Assembly: GCA_050943115.1 (NCBI GenBank)
Contig: JBMNON010000001.1
Span: forward strand, 50,023-114,022
DNA from: Patescibacteria group bacterium
GTDB lineage: Bacteria; Patescibacteriota; Microgenomatia; UBA12405
DNA: 64,000 nt
Direction: 5' to 3'
The notes beneath the pieces are model-generated. The model was not told the origin of the DNA. It saw nothing but the letters and a program-made list of their open reading frames with translations, and searched no databases. Below, in pieces: positions 26,145 through 35,366 of this stretch (the first letter of the stretch is position 1; each line of letters opens with the position of its first letter). Both the position numbers and the translations under genes were made by a program.

Positions 26145-26264
26145 ATGTATCGCCTCCGCATGTTCACCCCGGCGACCATCCTTACCCTCGTCTTCGTAGT
26201 ACTGGTTTTGATTCTAACTGCTCTTGTCCTAAATCCCAATACCCAGCTTATTCTTATCAACTAG
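26145..26264 (+). CDS. possible 39-aa hydrophobic peptide (MYRLRMFTPATILTLVFVVLVLILTALVLNPNTQLILIN)
   Basis: AAGAAGGGAGTCACTC-ATG SD; followed by a 14-bp stem-loop at 26272-26303. Below the ORF-track size cutoff. Confidence 0.2.
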   Translation: MYRLRMFTPATILTLVFVVLVLILTALVLNPNTQLILIN

Positions 26265-26336
26265 TCTCTCCGGCTCCCGGAAAACCCCCGTTTTTCGGGA
26301 GCCTCCCTCTTTGGGAAATCTCACGCGGTCGGTTGT

Positions 26337-27539
26337 CTACAAACTCTTCACCAAAATTTTTACTTCTTGTCCTATCGTTCCTTTGCTCTCGCCCCGGATT
26401 AGCCTGTCAATTAACTCCCCTGTTTTTCGGAATTCCTCAACTCCAAACCCCCTTGTTGTCATCGCCGGACTTCCCAGTCGAATTCCTGAAGGCTTCATTG
26501 GGCTCCCTTCGTCGTGGGGTATGGTATTCGCGTTACAGACTATCCCGGCCTCTTCCAGCGCCACCGCCACTTCCTTGCCCTTTTCCTTACCTACGTCCAC
26601 CACCATTAGATGGTTTTCCGTACCAAACACCTTATAACCCCTCCTTTTTAACTCCTCAGCCAAGGCTTTTGCATTCTCCACCACTCTTTTTACATAATTT
26701 TGAAACTCAGGTTTTATTGCTTCTCCGAACACTATGGCCATTGCCGCCACAGCATTCTCGTGTGGCCCACCCTGCAACCCCGGGAATACGGCCCGATCAA
26801 TTTTCTTTGCTAAATCCGCATCTCTCTCCAAGCCCTTATCCGTAACTGCCACAAATGCCCCTCTCGGTCCTCGCAATGTCTTGTGCGTTGTTGATGTCAC
26901 AACGTGCGCATAATCTACCGGACTCGGATGAACGCCTCCGGTTACCAACCCGACTATGTGAGAAATGTCTGCCACCAACCAAGCCCCGACACTCTCGGCA
27001 ATTTTCCCAAATCTCACAAAATCCAGGACATACGGATAAGCCGTTGTTCCGGCTATGATCATTTTTGGTCTGTTTTGTTCTACTAATTGTTGCAATTTGT
27101 CATAGTCTATACGCCCATCTTCCTCCACATCATATTGGACACTATCAAAAAATTTCCCCGAAAAAGTGATCTTGGGGTGACCATGGGTCAAATGTCCCCC
27201 GGCTGACAACTTCAATCCGCAAATTCTATCTCCCCGTTCCAGTAAGGCCATCTGCACTGCACTGTTTGCCGGACTGCCAGAATAAGGTTGGACGTTCATA
27301 TGAGGTACTCCCAATAACCTTTTCCCTCTTTCTACTGCCTCATTTTCCACTTCATCTACTATCTCGTTTCCCTGGTAATAACGCTTGCCCGGATAACCCT
27401 CGGCGTATTTATTTGTCAACACACTTCCCAAAGCTCTCCTCACCTCATCTGAAGCAAAATTTTCGCTTGGTATCAAATGAATGCAATTTTTCTGCCTTTC
27501 CTCTTCCCTTTTTATTAAGTTAAGAATTTTCTCGTCCAT
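26337..27539 (-). CDS. glyA: serine hydroxymethyltransferase
   Basis: HLIPSENFAS, TNKYAEGYPGKRYY, GGHLTHGH, TTHKTLRGPRG (PLP lysine) are the canonical GlyA motifs. Confidence 0.9.
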   Translation of the reverse strand: MDEKILNLIKREEERQKNCIHLIPSENFASDEVRRALGSVLTNKYAEGYPGKRYYQGNEIVDEVENEAVERGKRLLGVPHMNVQPYSGSPANSAVQMALLERGDRICGLKLSAGGHLTHGHPKITFSGKFFDSVQYDVEEDGRIDYDKLQQLVEQNRPKMIIAGTTAYPYVLDFVRFGKIAESVGAWLVADISHIVGLVTGGVHPSPVDYAHVVTSTTHKTLRGPRGAFVAVTDKGLERDADLAKKIDRAVFPGLQGGPHENAVAAMAIVFGEAIKPEFQNYVKRVVENAKALAEELKRRGYKVFGTENHLMVVDVGKEKGKEVAVALEEAGIVCNANTIPHDEGSPMKPSGIRLGSPAMTTRGFGVEEFRKTGELIDRLIRGESKGTIGQEVKILVKSL

Positions 27540-27651
27540 TCCCTATTTTACATCCTAATACCCGATTCTATTTTCTCAGTTTCTCCGTATCCGCATATTT
27601 CAAATTAATTTTCTTACTAACAAGCCCTCGCAAAATCTATATAATCAGTCC

Positions 27652-28293
27652 ATGTCTTTACAAAACGGTGAAATAATTGGCTATGTCGGTCCGATGAAAT
27701 CCGGCAAGTCCGCCAAGCTAATTGAAATTGCTTCCAGAAACGAAACTCTTGGTCTGACCACCCTGGCTTTTTATCCGGAAATCGATTGCCGTTGTCATCC
27801 GGATACTATTCAATCACGCCGCGGCACTAACTCTCCCGCCTTCCCTGTTTCCTGCACCAATCCGGAAGATGTCTTGTGGATGGTTAGTCAGGAAAAACAA
27901 CGCGTCCACACCGTTATCTTTGATGAAATGCAGTTCTTTGCCCCGGAATATTCTGATGCCATTCGGGATTTGGCTAATTCTGACATCAAAGTAATTTACG
28001 GCGGACTGCTTCATGATTTTAGAGGCGAATTCTTCCCTGTTGTCAAAAAATTATTATCCTGTTCTGACAGAGTCCACTCTCTTTCAGCCCACTGCGATTA
28101 CCGTATAAACGGTCATACTTGCACCAGACCTGCCACCAGAACTCAAAGATTAATCAACGGAGAACCTGCTCCCTATAATAGCCCCGTCGTCGTCATCGAT
28201 AGTTCAAACAACACTTCCGTCACTTACGAAGCCAGATGTACCCAGCATTGGACCGTTCCGGGTCTTCCGGAATCCAGAAGAAAAATATTTTAG
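27652..28293 (+). CDS. tdk: thymidine kinase
   Basis: GYVGPMKSGKSAKLI P-loop, IFDEMQFF, C-terminal zinc ribbon CDYRINGHTCTRPA. Confidence 0.8.
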   Translation: MSLQNGEIIGYVGPMKSGKSAKLIEIASRNETLGLTTLAFYPEIDCRCHPDTIQSRRGTNSPAFPVSCTNPEDVLWMVSQEKQRVHTVIFDEMQFFAPEYSDAIRDLANSDIKVIYGGLLHDFRGEFFPVVKKLLSCSDRVHSLSAHCDYRINGHTCTRPATRTQRLINGEPAPYNSPVVVIDSSNNTSVTYEARCTQHWTVPGLPESRRKIF

Positions 28294-28907
28294 GAAACCA
28301 GTCCCCTTCGGGCAACTTCCTCATATATTAAGTTGCTAATTCTTTCTTCCTTGCAATCACCGTCAACTACAAATGTTCTTTCTTCAAATTCCTTTGCCAA
28401 CTCCAAATAAATTTTTCTCGCTGCTGCCAGCTTATCCTCTTTCTCAAATATTGTTGAATCCGACCTCCCCTTTGCCATTCTCACCATAGCCACTCGGGGA
28501 TCTATGTCCACCAGAACCCACAATTCCGGCTCTTCCAGTCCGGCTTCTAAGTTTAAATCAAGAAGCTTTCTTTTGTCCCATACAGCTGCCCCATACGCCA
28601 CCGTCGACCAATAATATCTATCACTAACAACCGACCTGCCACTTGTTAGTGCCTGCTTGATAAAACCCTCACTGTGGTCAATCCTGTCCGCGACAAACAT
28701 ATATTGCAAAGCCCTGGGATGAATCACTTGTTTTTTTGTTACCACTCTTTCAATAGTTTCTCCCGCAGCTCCCGTTAATGTGTGTTCTCTTGTCAACACT
28801 ACGTCAGCACCGCCAGCCACCATCATTTCCTGCAGCCTTTTTGCCTGTGTTGATTTGCCGCTGCCGTCAATTCCTTCTACCGCAATAAACCTGCCTCTCT
28901 CGCTCAT
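28290..28907 (-). CDS. tmk: thymidylate kinase
   Basis: FIAVEGIDGSGKSTQ P-loop; DRY motif SDRYYWS. Confidence 0.85.
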   Translation of the reverse strand: MSERGRFIAVEGIDGSGKSTQAKRLQEMMVAGGADVVLTREHTLTGAAGETIERVVTKKQVIHPRALQYMFVADRIDHSEGFIKQALTSGRSVVSDRYYWSTVAYGAAVWDKRKLLDLNLEAGLEEPELWVLVDIDPRVAMVRMAKGRSDSTIFEKEDKLAAARKIYLELAKEFEERTFVVDGDCKEERISNLIYEEVARRGLVS

Positions 28908-29470
28908 TTTTCCTCCTTAAAATTTAAATAACCCATTGATGCTGTCGGCCCTCTTTGTCCCTTATATTTACTTCCCAGTACCTCACTTCCATAAGGGTTA
29001 TCAACTTCACTACTCATTTGCAGAAAGCAAATTTGGGCAATTTTCATGCCGCCGTACAGTCGGATTGGCAATCTGGAAATATTGGTAATTTCAAAAGTCA
29101 ACTGGCCTTCAAATCCCGGATCTACGAACCCTGCCGTCGCGTGGACAATTAAACCCAGTCTCCCCAATGAACTCTTCCCTTCCAGCTTACCCGCCAAGTC
29201 TTTTGGTATGGCAAAAATTTCCGTCGTCGATCCCAGGATAAATTCTCCCGGATGAATGACAAATCCTTCTTTGCCAATTTCCACTATTCTGGAAACATCT
29301 TGTCTCTCCCTAACATCAATCACACTGGCAGCATAGTTATCAAATACCAGTACCTTATTCTGTAAATGCAAATCATAAGAGGAAGGTTGGACGCATTCCG
29401 GCTCAAAAGGATCGATTAAGATTCTTTTTGATTCAATTGCTTTCTTAATATCCTTATCGGACAGAATCAT
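28904..29470 (-). CDS. dcd: dCTP deaminase
   Basis: MILSDKDIKKAI..., EGKSSLGRLGL, HATAGFVDPGFEG fit Dcd/dUTPase-like motifs. Confidence 0.8.
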   Translation of the reverse strand: MILSDKDIKKAIESKRILIDPFEPECVQPSSYDLHLQNKVLVFDNYAASVIDVRERQDVSRIVEIGKEGFVIHPGEFILGSTTEIFAIPKDLAGKLEGKSSLGRLGLIVHATAGFVDPGFEGQLTFEITNISRLPIRLYGGMKIAQICFLQMSSEVDNPYGSEVLGSKYKGQRGPTASMGYLNFKEEK

Positions 29471-29657
29471 TAAAACTGTTTATAACAACCAAGCTGGCTT
29501 TTACCAAGTTTTATATCAAAGCAAGCAAGCTCACTTTATTCCATAATTTCCGCCACCTTTTAGATTGCTAGTTTCCAAGGCTAAAAATATAGACATATGC
29601 CGATAAACAGGATATAATTAAATATTCTCCATTTCTTTTTCATTTTCCCAATTTCTC

Positions 29658-30728
29658 ATGGCCAAAGAAATCTCCCGGAGAGACTTTCTTCGTCTTTCAG
29701 GATTAACCATCGCCAACTTAAGTCTGCCCAAATCGCGGGAGCTTCGTCAGGATTTTATCTCCCCAGAGTACCACTTTCATAATTTCTACAGAATCCACCG
29801 TCTCGACTTTCAAAACCAAGACATTAGAAATACCAATTCCGGCGGCCCCTTGACTCTGGCTACCACTCTTACCAATTGCGGCGCCATTGACTGCCGTAAA
29901 ACCGATGAAGTTCTTGGTCTTGCCGGTCGGGCCTTAATTATGGAGAAATGGAATTGGCGAGGCTGCAACTTGTCTTCTCTTCAGGATCTTGCTGCTTCTT
30001 ATGGCTGCCGCTACCACTGTCTTAGGCCAACCGAAGCCCCAAGCCTTCACAATCTGTCTTCAAATTCCCCCGCGCCTCTTCTTATCGAATACCCCGACAA
30101 CCATCAGAATACCGCTTTCCATAATCCCATCATGCTTATTGTCGGAACTGATTTAGCAAACAATCAAATTTCTCTCTACAACCCTTGTTCGAAATCCTCC
30201 TCTGAAGCTACCCAAACTCTCCCCTTTCCCGGATTCTTTTCCCGCTGGCCCAACTCATTGCAAAGAGTTCTCGTCCCTACTGAAAATGAAATCCGGACAC
30301 TAGATATTGACGATATCCCAACTTTTTTGGCTCCTCAAGTTTTGTCCTGGCGTCAAGAAATTATCGAATATACTCCGGAAGGATTTCCGCCATCTATCAC
30401 CGCAATTCTGATGCAACTTGAATCATTGGGAGATCAATACTTAGTATCCCATACCGGCGCTCTGGGCTTGCTTCAGGTAATGCCCTTCCATTTTAGACAA
30501 CACGATGATCCTTTGGACCCAAAAACGAACATTCAAACTGGCTTTACCGTCTTCCGGGAATGTCTCAACAAAGCCCTCGCCAGTCAACTTCCAGTCAAAG
30601 AAGCTCTGATTGAAGCAGCCGCCAATTATTCTGGCGGCAGCCGCCAATACGGGAAAGATTTCTACGCTTTTTTTGTCAGTCACCATCAAGGAATAGATGA
30701 TTGGTACAAGCGCCGCAGCGGTAATTGA
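29658..30728 (+). CDS. Tat-signal lytic transglycosylase (SLT domain) protein
   Basis: RRDFLRLSGLT Tat motif; ES...GALGLLQVMP and TNIQTGFTVFRE are SLT motifs. Confidence 0.55.
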   Translation: MAKEISRRDFLRLSGLTIANLSLPKSRELRQDFISPEYHFHNFYRIHRLDFQNQDIRNTNSGGPLTLATTLTNCGAIDCRKTDEVLGLAGRALIMEKWNWRGCNLSSLQDLAASYGCRYHCLRPTEAPSLHNLSSNSPAPLLIEYPDNHQNTAFHNPIMLIVGTDLANNQISLYNPCSKSSSEATQTLPFPGFFSRWPNSLQRVLVPTENEIRTLDIDDIPTFLAPQVLSWRQEIIEYTPEGFPPSITAILMQLESLGDQYLVSHTGALGLLQVMPFHFRQHDDPLDPKTNIQTGFTVFRECLNKALASQLPVKEALIEAAANYSGGSRQYGKDFYAFFVSHHQGIDDWYKRRSGN

Positions 30729-30759
30729 TAATTACAAAAAGCCTCTATATACTCAAAAC

Positions 30760-31404
30760 ATGACTGAAATTCTCAACCGCATTCTTGAGCTGGTTCATGT
30801 TAACGGTACCCTGGCCATGTTTATAGGAGGCGTTGTTGAACAGATTATCGTCCCCATCCCCTCTCCCATTATCACTATGGCCGGTGGCGCCTTTCTGATA
30901 GAACACGGTTTACCCATTTTTGAAACTGTCTGGCGCATTTTTTCTCATGTCACTCTCCCCTATGCTATCGGCGCCACCATCGGCACCAGCCTCGTTTATT
31001 TTATCGCCTATTTTGGCGGTAAGCCCATCATGGATCGCTTCGGTAAATTTATTGGTCTTTCCTGGAATTTAATAGAAAAAGTTAAAACAGACTTCCAAAA
31101 AACCATCAGGGACGAAATCTTCATTCTAGTTGCTTGCTCCATACCCATTGTCCCCGTTTCTCTGATCACCGGTTTCTGCGGCGGTTTTAAAATCCCTCCT
31201 CTAAAATTCTATCCCATGCTTTTTCTGGCCTTATTAATCCGCGCCACCCTCCTCGGCTTTATCGGTTTCCAAATGGGTGAAGCGTTCACGGAATTAGCTC
31301 ATGGTCTCGACAAAATTGAATCACTTCTCACTGTTGTCGGAGCCCTTCTCATTCTCGGCTTTCTTTACCTAAAGCGGGAAAAATGGCTCAAAACCAACGA
31401 ATAA
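30760..31404 (+). CDS. DedA/SNARE-associated family membrane protein
   Basis: Multi-TM protein ~215 aa with GGVVEQIIVPIPSPIIT...GG.F re-entrant-loop-like segments. Start moved to MTEIL. Confidence 0.5.
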   Translation: MTEILNRILELVHVNGTLAMFIGGVVEQIIVPIPSPIITMAGGAFLIEHGLPIFETVWRIFSHVTLPYAIGATIGTSLVYFIAYFGGKPIMDRFGKFIGLSWNLIEKVKTDFQKTIRDEIFILVACSIPIVPVSLITGFCGGFKIPPLKFYPMLFLALLIRATLLGFIGFQMGEAFTELAHGLDKIESLLTVVGALLILGFLYLKREKWLKTNE

Positions 31405-31457
31405 CCCTTACGTCTTTTCGGCTTCAAGGTTATCTTTCCTCATGGGGAATTCATCTC

Positions 31458-31637
31458 CTAGTATATAAGCAGCCATTGTTCCCACCCTACCGCCCCGCCT
31501 ATTCTAGCTTCCGGGCTTCTTCCGGCATAAAGTCCCGCCATACCTACCAAGGCCACCCCGGTAAACGCCATCCCGGTGATTTCATCCAAAACTGCTCTAA
31601 ACCGATTATCTCTTGATCTGTCAATTTCTTTATTCAT
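31458..31637 (-). CDS. possible 59-aa small membrane protein
   Basis: Unlisted ORF MNKEIDRSRDNRFRAVLDEITGMAFTGVALVGMAGLYAGRSPEARIGGAVGWEQWLLIY in a 300-nt gap. Confidence 0.2.
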   Translation of the reverse strand: MNKEIDRSRDNRFRAVLDEITGMAFTGVALVGMAGLYAGRSPEARIGGAVGWEQWLLIY

Positions 31638-31706
31638 GGCTTATTATAAACCTCGTTTGTGTAGTTTTAATAACCGGCAGCTTCGTTTATAGTATTTATA
31701 TAACCT

Positions 31707-33260
31707 ATGATCAAAATTACCCTACCTCGGCTTTTTTTCCTAAACGACATTCAGCAAACTAACGAAACTGAAGTTTTAAATACCATTAACCATAATAGCC
31801 GTCTCTCCGTCTCGTTTATCCTTCTTCTGGTTTCTTCAACCATAATTTGCACCCTTGGTCTTCTTCTGAACAACTCCCCGGTTATTATCGGCGGTATGAT
31901 TATCTCTCCAATTATGTGGGCGCTCTCCAAAATTTCTATTGGTATATCTTATGAAAGACGAAGCTATCTCCAACAAGGCCTTTTACTCTTAATCATCGCT
32001 ACTTTCGTCGGTTTTATCAGTTCTTATTTAATCACCGTCATCTCGCCAGTTAAAGTCATCAGTAGTGAAATTCTCTCCCGTACCAATCCTACTCTCTTGG
32101 ACTTGATTATTGCCTTTGCCGCTGGAGCCATTGCTGCCCTGGCCATCACCCAACCGAAAATTTCGGAAAGCTTAGCCGGTGTCGCTATTGCCACTTCCCT
32201 TACACCACCGCTATGTGTCAGCGGCATTGGCTTAGCTCTCTCCAACCTTTCCGTTTTCACCGGTAGCTATCTGCTTTATCTTACCAATGTGCTAAGCATT
32301 ATCTTTGTTTCCGTACTAGCTTTCATTATAATTGGTATAAAACGAAACAGCGACCCCCAACTATACAAAAAATCAATTTCTGTAATTGCCACCCTGCTTA
32401 TCCTTATCTCCATCCCCCTCTACCTTCTCCTTCAAAACTATTCTTTTAAAATTCTTGCCTTTGATCAAATCGAAGAAACCCTAACAACCGAACTCCAAAG
32501 CATTTCACCCTCCATTCATCTTCAGGACATCGATACCCGTTTCTCAACTTCCGGTTTAAAAAATTTGGTTGTCATTGAAGCCAGTGTTTTGCTGCCGGAA
32601 AACATATCCATAAACTTTAAACAACAGGAAAATATTCTCAAGATTCTGGAAAATAAATTAAAAAAAAATATTGATCTCCAGCTAAAACTTCAGCGCACCC
32701 TTTCTATCAAAAATCGTCAAAATATGGAAGAAGAAGAACTGAAAAAAAATCTTCGCACGGCTTTTGAGTCTGAAATTCATAATATCGACCAATCGCTAAC
32801 CATTGATTCTCTTGATATCTTTTTCAGCAGCATCAAGCTAATTACCCTCAACGCCGTCATTCGTGCCGACGCCGGAGTTTCCCTCACCTACAACCATCAA
32901 AAAAATATTGAAAGTTCTCTCACGCAACAATTTAACCGTGCTATCGCTCTCAACCTAGAAGCCCTGCCCCGTATCAAGCTCAAATCTCAACCCGATTTGG
33001 AAAGCGACCAAATCAAAAAAGAAATTGTCTCACTGCTCCAATCCATATCAGGGCAAATTGAAATATCTTCTATCAACCTTAAAAATGAAAATCAGGAAGG
33101 CCAAGAACTTATAACGGTTGACGCCGAGCTTAAAAAACCGGATAATTTAAAACTAACACATTCTGATTTAGAAGCAATAAAAAATTATCTTGAATACAAA
33201 TACCAAAAACCCCTCATCCTCAACTTCAAAGTCTACCAGAATACCGGATTTTCAGTTTGA
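31707..33260 (+). CDS. DUF389-like hydrophobic-domain membrane protein with long C-terminal soluble extension
   Basis: N-terminal ~220 aa of TM helices with GGMIISPIM / AAGAIAALAITQP resembling the TIGR00341/DUF389 hydrophobic domain. Confidence 0.4.
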   Translation: MIKITLPRLFFLNDIQQTNETEVLNTINHNSRLSVSFILLLVSSTIICTLGLLLNNSPVIIGGMIISPIMWALSKISIGISYERRSYLQQGLLLLIIATFVGFISSYLITVISPVKVISSEILSRTNPTLLDLIIAFAAGAIAALAITQPKISESLAGVAIATSLTPPLCVSGIGLALSNLSVFTGSYLLYLTNVLSIIFVSVLAFIIIGIKRNSDPQLYKKSISVIATLLILISIPLYLLLQNYSFKILAFDQIEETLTTELQSISPSIHLQDIDTRFSTSGLKNLVVIEASVLLPENISINFKQQENILKILENKLKKNIDLQLKLQRTLSIKNRQNMEEEELKKNLRTAFESEIHNIDQSLTIDSLDIFFSSIKLITLNAVIRADAGVSLTYNHQKNIESSLTQQFNRAIALNLEALPRIKLKSQPDLESDQIKKEIVSLLQSISGQIEISSINLKNENQEGQELITVDAELKKPDNLKLTHSDLEAIKNYLEYKYQKPLILNFKVYQNTGFSV

Positions 33261-33807
33261 TACTCTTCTCCAAAACCGCCTGGACCAACCTTTCTTTAAC
33301 AAAGATGTAGTCCTGGTCGCCCAAAAACTCTTGGGCTGCTACTTGGTTGTCTTCAAAAACAGTATCCTTCGTATAGGTCAAATTACTGAAACCGAAGCCT
33401 ATGGCGGAACATCCGACCTTGCCTCTCATGCCCGCCACGGTCCCACCCCCAGAAATAAAATAATGTGGGGGCCCCCTGGTATTCTTTACGTGTATCTTGT
33501 TTACGGCCTTCATCATCTTTTCAACATCATCGTAAAACCCCCACAACAACCCTCCGGTGTTCTCATCCGCAGCCTGAAACCGGTTCTCAACCTTCCCCAA
33601 AACGTTGACGGTCCGGCCAGACTCACCAAAGCTCTTGGGATTACCAGGAACGACACCGGGCATAATCTCACCCAAAGTTCACAAATATTTATTGCCAAAT
33701 CGGCAAATACCCCAGTATCTTTCTGCTCCCTACCCCGAATTGGCATTGATTATGCACCGGAACCTTGGCGATCTATCCCTTGGCGCTTCACTCTCAAAAA
33801 ACACTAA
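33190..33807 (+). CDS. mpg: DNA-3-methyladenine glycosylase (Mpg/AAG family); start uncertain
   Basis: VAQKLLGCYLV, GQITETEAYGGTSDLASHARHGPTPRNKIMWGPPGILYVYLVYGLHHLFNIIV is the Mpg signature. The ATG at 33190 overlaps the upstream gene by 70 nt. Confidence 0.65.
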   Translation: MNTNTKNPSSSTSKSTRIPDFQFDTLLQNRLDQPFFNKDVVLVAQKLLGCYLVVFKNSILRIGQITETEAYGGTSDLASHARHGPTPRNKIMWGPPGILYVYLVYGLHHLFNIIVKPPQQPSGVLIRSLKPVLNLPQNVDGPARLTKALGITRNDTGHNLTQSSQIFIAKSANTPVSFCSLPRIGIDYAPEPWRSIPWRFTLKKH

Positions 33808-33808
33808 A

Positions 33809-34753
33809 CTAACTACAAAAAGGACACGAGTCTCCCGAATAATACAATCCGCATTTTTTGCACAACTTATAACCTTCGGGAACATTACCATAAATCACCT
33901 TTCTTACCCCTGAAACTTCTGCAATAAAATACCCCCTACCGGTCACTTCGGCAACCATTGTACTACCACTGCAACCAAAACTCCTTTTCGCCTCCATCCC
34001 AACAAAATTGGCAGCAATATATTCCATTTTCATCTCATCGGAAACCCCAGCCCCTCCCCTGGCTCTTGCCTCCAATTGCCGAAAAGCATAAGAATACAAA
34101 CCCAAAATAGCCTTCTCATCACCATACAAATCATTTTTCCAGCTACCATAGAAACTATTAACAGCCTCACTTACTACTGCTTGGACATCCACCTGACCCA
34201 CACTGCCCCCTCTAGTCCCGGCAATTCGCAACCTCTCCATAACCTCTGCCATTTTTACACCCGTCTGCACCGGCTTACCCAAAATTTCTAACCTGCTGGT
34301 AACCTCTCCCTGTCCCCCCAGTTGCTTTCTTATCTCCCTCATCTCGCCAAAACCCTGTCTTACTACTATTCGATTCCATTTGATTTGACCCTCGACCCTC
34401 CTCCAAAAATCTATACAATCATCGGTATAGTTTAATTCTTCATTCCGGGGGCTAAAGTAAACCCACATTTTCAAAGGATCACGCTCCAACCCCTTTTCTA
34501 TTGCCTCTATTGCCTCCGATTCCTCTTTTATTGAATACCTCCTGGTAATGTCTACCACCCCCAATCCCGACACTGGATCTACAATTTTTCCACCTCTTAT
34601 GTCATATGTTTTACTAAACTTGACCAACCCAAAATCCTCAGCCAGTTGAGTACTCAGTTCAGCTTCCAAACTTCTCCGCCGCCTACTCGCCTCAACTCTC
34701 AACAAAAATTCTTTTTCTTTTACTGGTGAAAATCCTATTGTCCTTTCCATCAC
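33809..34753 (-). CDS. hypothetical protein with C-terminal zinc ribbon (CKKCG...CPFC)
   Basis: ORF; no recognised family. Confidence 0.35.
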   Translation of the reverse strand: MMERTIGFSPVKEKEFLLRVEASRRRRSLEAELSTQLAEDFGLVKFSKTYDIRGGKIVDPVSGLGVVDITRRYSIKEESEAIEAIEKGLERDPLKMWVYFSPRNEELNYTDDCIDFWRRVEGQIKWNRIVVRQGFGEMREIRKQLGGQGEVTSRLEILGKPVQTGVKMAEVMERLRIAGTRGGSVGQVDVQAVVSEAVNSFYGSWKNDLYGDEKAILGLYSYAFRQLEARARGGAGVSDEMKMEYIAANFVGMEAKRSFGCSGSTMVAEVTGRGYFIAEVSGVRKVIYGNVPEGYKLCKKCGLYYSGDSCPFCS

Positions 34754-34832
34754 TTTTGCTCGAAAGTTTTACGTGGGTCGGGCTTTAACCGTAGCGGCAC
34801 TGCTCAGGAATTTCACCTGCTTCCAATATAAT

Positions 34833-35324
34833 TTACTGTTCTTCCGACTTTCTCCCCAACATAAATAAATAATCCGACAATCTATTAAAATAAGTCAAAA
34901 CATCTTCCCGTACTTCTCTGTTCCTGCTGAATCTTACCAGCCGCCTTTCTACCCTCCTTGCTACTGTCCTCGCCCAATTAAGTAATGCCCCCAATCTACA
35001 CTCAAAACCGATAAACTTCCTAATCGGAACTGTTTCTTTCTCCATCTTCTCAATCGCCTCTTCCAGCTGAATTATCCTGCAACCACAATCCCTGTATTTA
35101 ATGCCACAGCTTAATTCACCCATAATTCCCCACAAATCATCCTCAATGTCTTTAATGCCAGCCTTCACCTCCTTATTCTTCTCTGCCTCCAATCTCACCA
35201 GCCCCATAACTGCCTTTAGCTCATCCGCCACCCCTATTGCTTCCAACAAATCCCCATCCTTGTCCTCCTCTCTCCCCATCCAATAGCTCTTTCCTTTATC
35301 CCCTATTTTTGTCATTATGTCCAT
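34833..35324 (-). CDS. PduO-type ATP:cob(I)alamin adenosyltransferase
   Basis: MTKIGDKGKSYWMGREEDKDGDLLEAIGVADELKAVMG matches TKTGDxGxT...EA.GtvDEL of PduO/MMAB ATR. Confidence 0.65.
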   Translation of the reverse strand: MDIMTKIGDKGKSYWMGREEDKDGDLLEAIGVADELKAVMGLVRLEAEKNKEVKAGIKDIEDDLWGIMGELSCGIKYRDCGCRIIQLEEAIEKMEKETVPIRKFIGFECRLGALLNWARTVARRVERRLVRFSRNREVREDVLTYFNRLSDYLFMLGRKSEEQ

Positions 35325-35366
35325 ATTCTCACCCCTTGCGGTAGATACACTTTAACCTCAAAGATC

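Noticed and set aside
26021-26260. 79-aa minus-strand ORF in the glyA / cassette C intergenic region
   Set aside because: It overlaps two strong stem-loops and has no start context. A + strand 39-codon ORF with a good SD is more plausible, though still low confidence.
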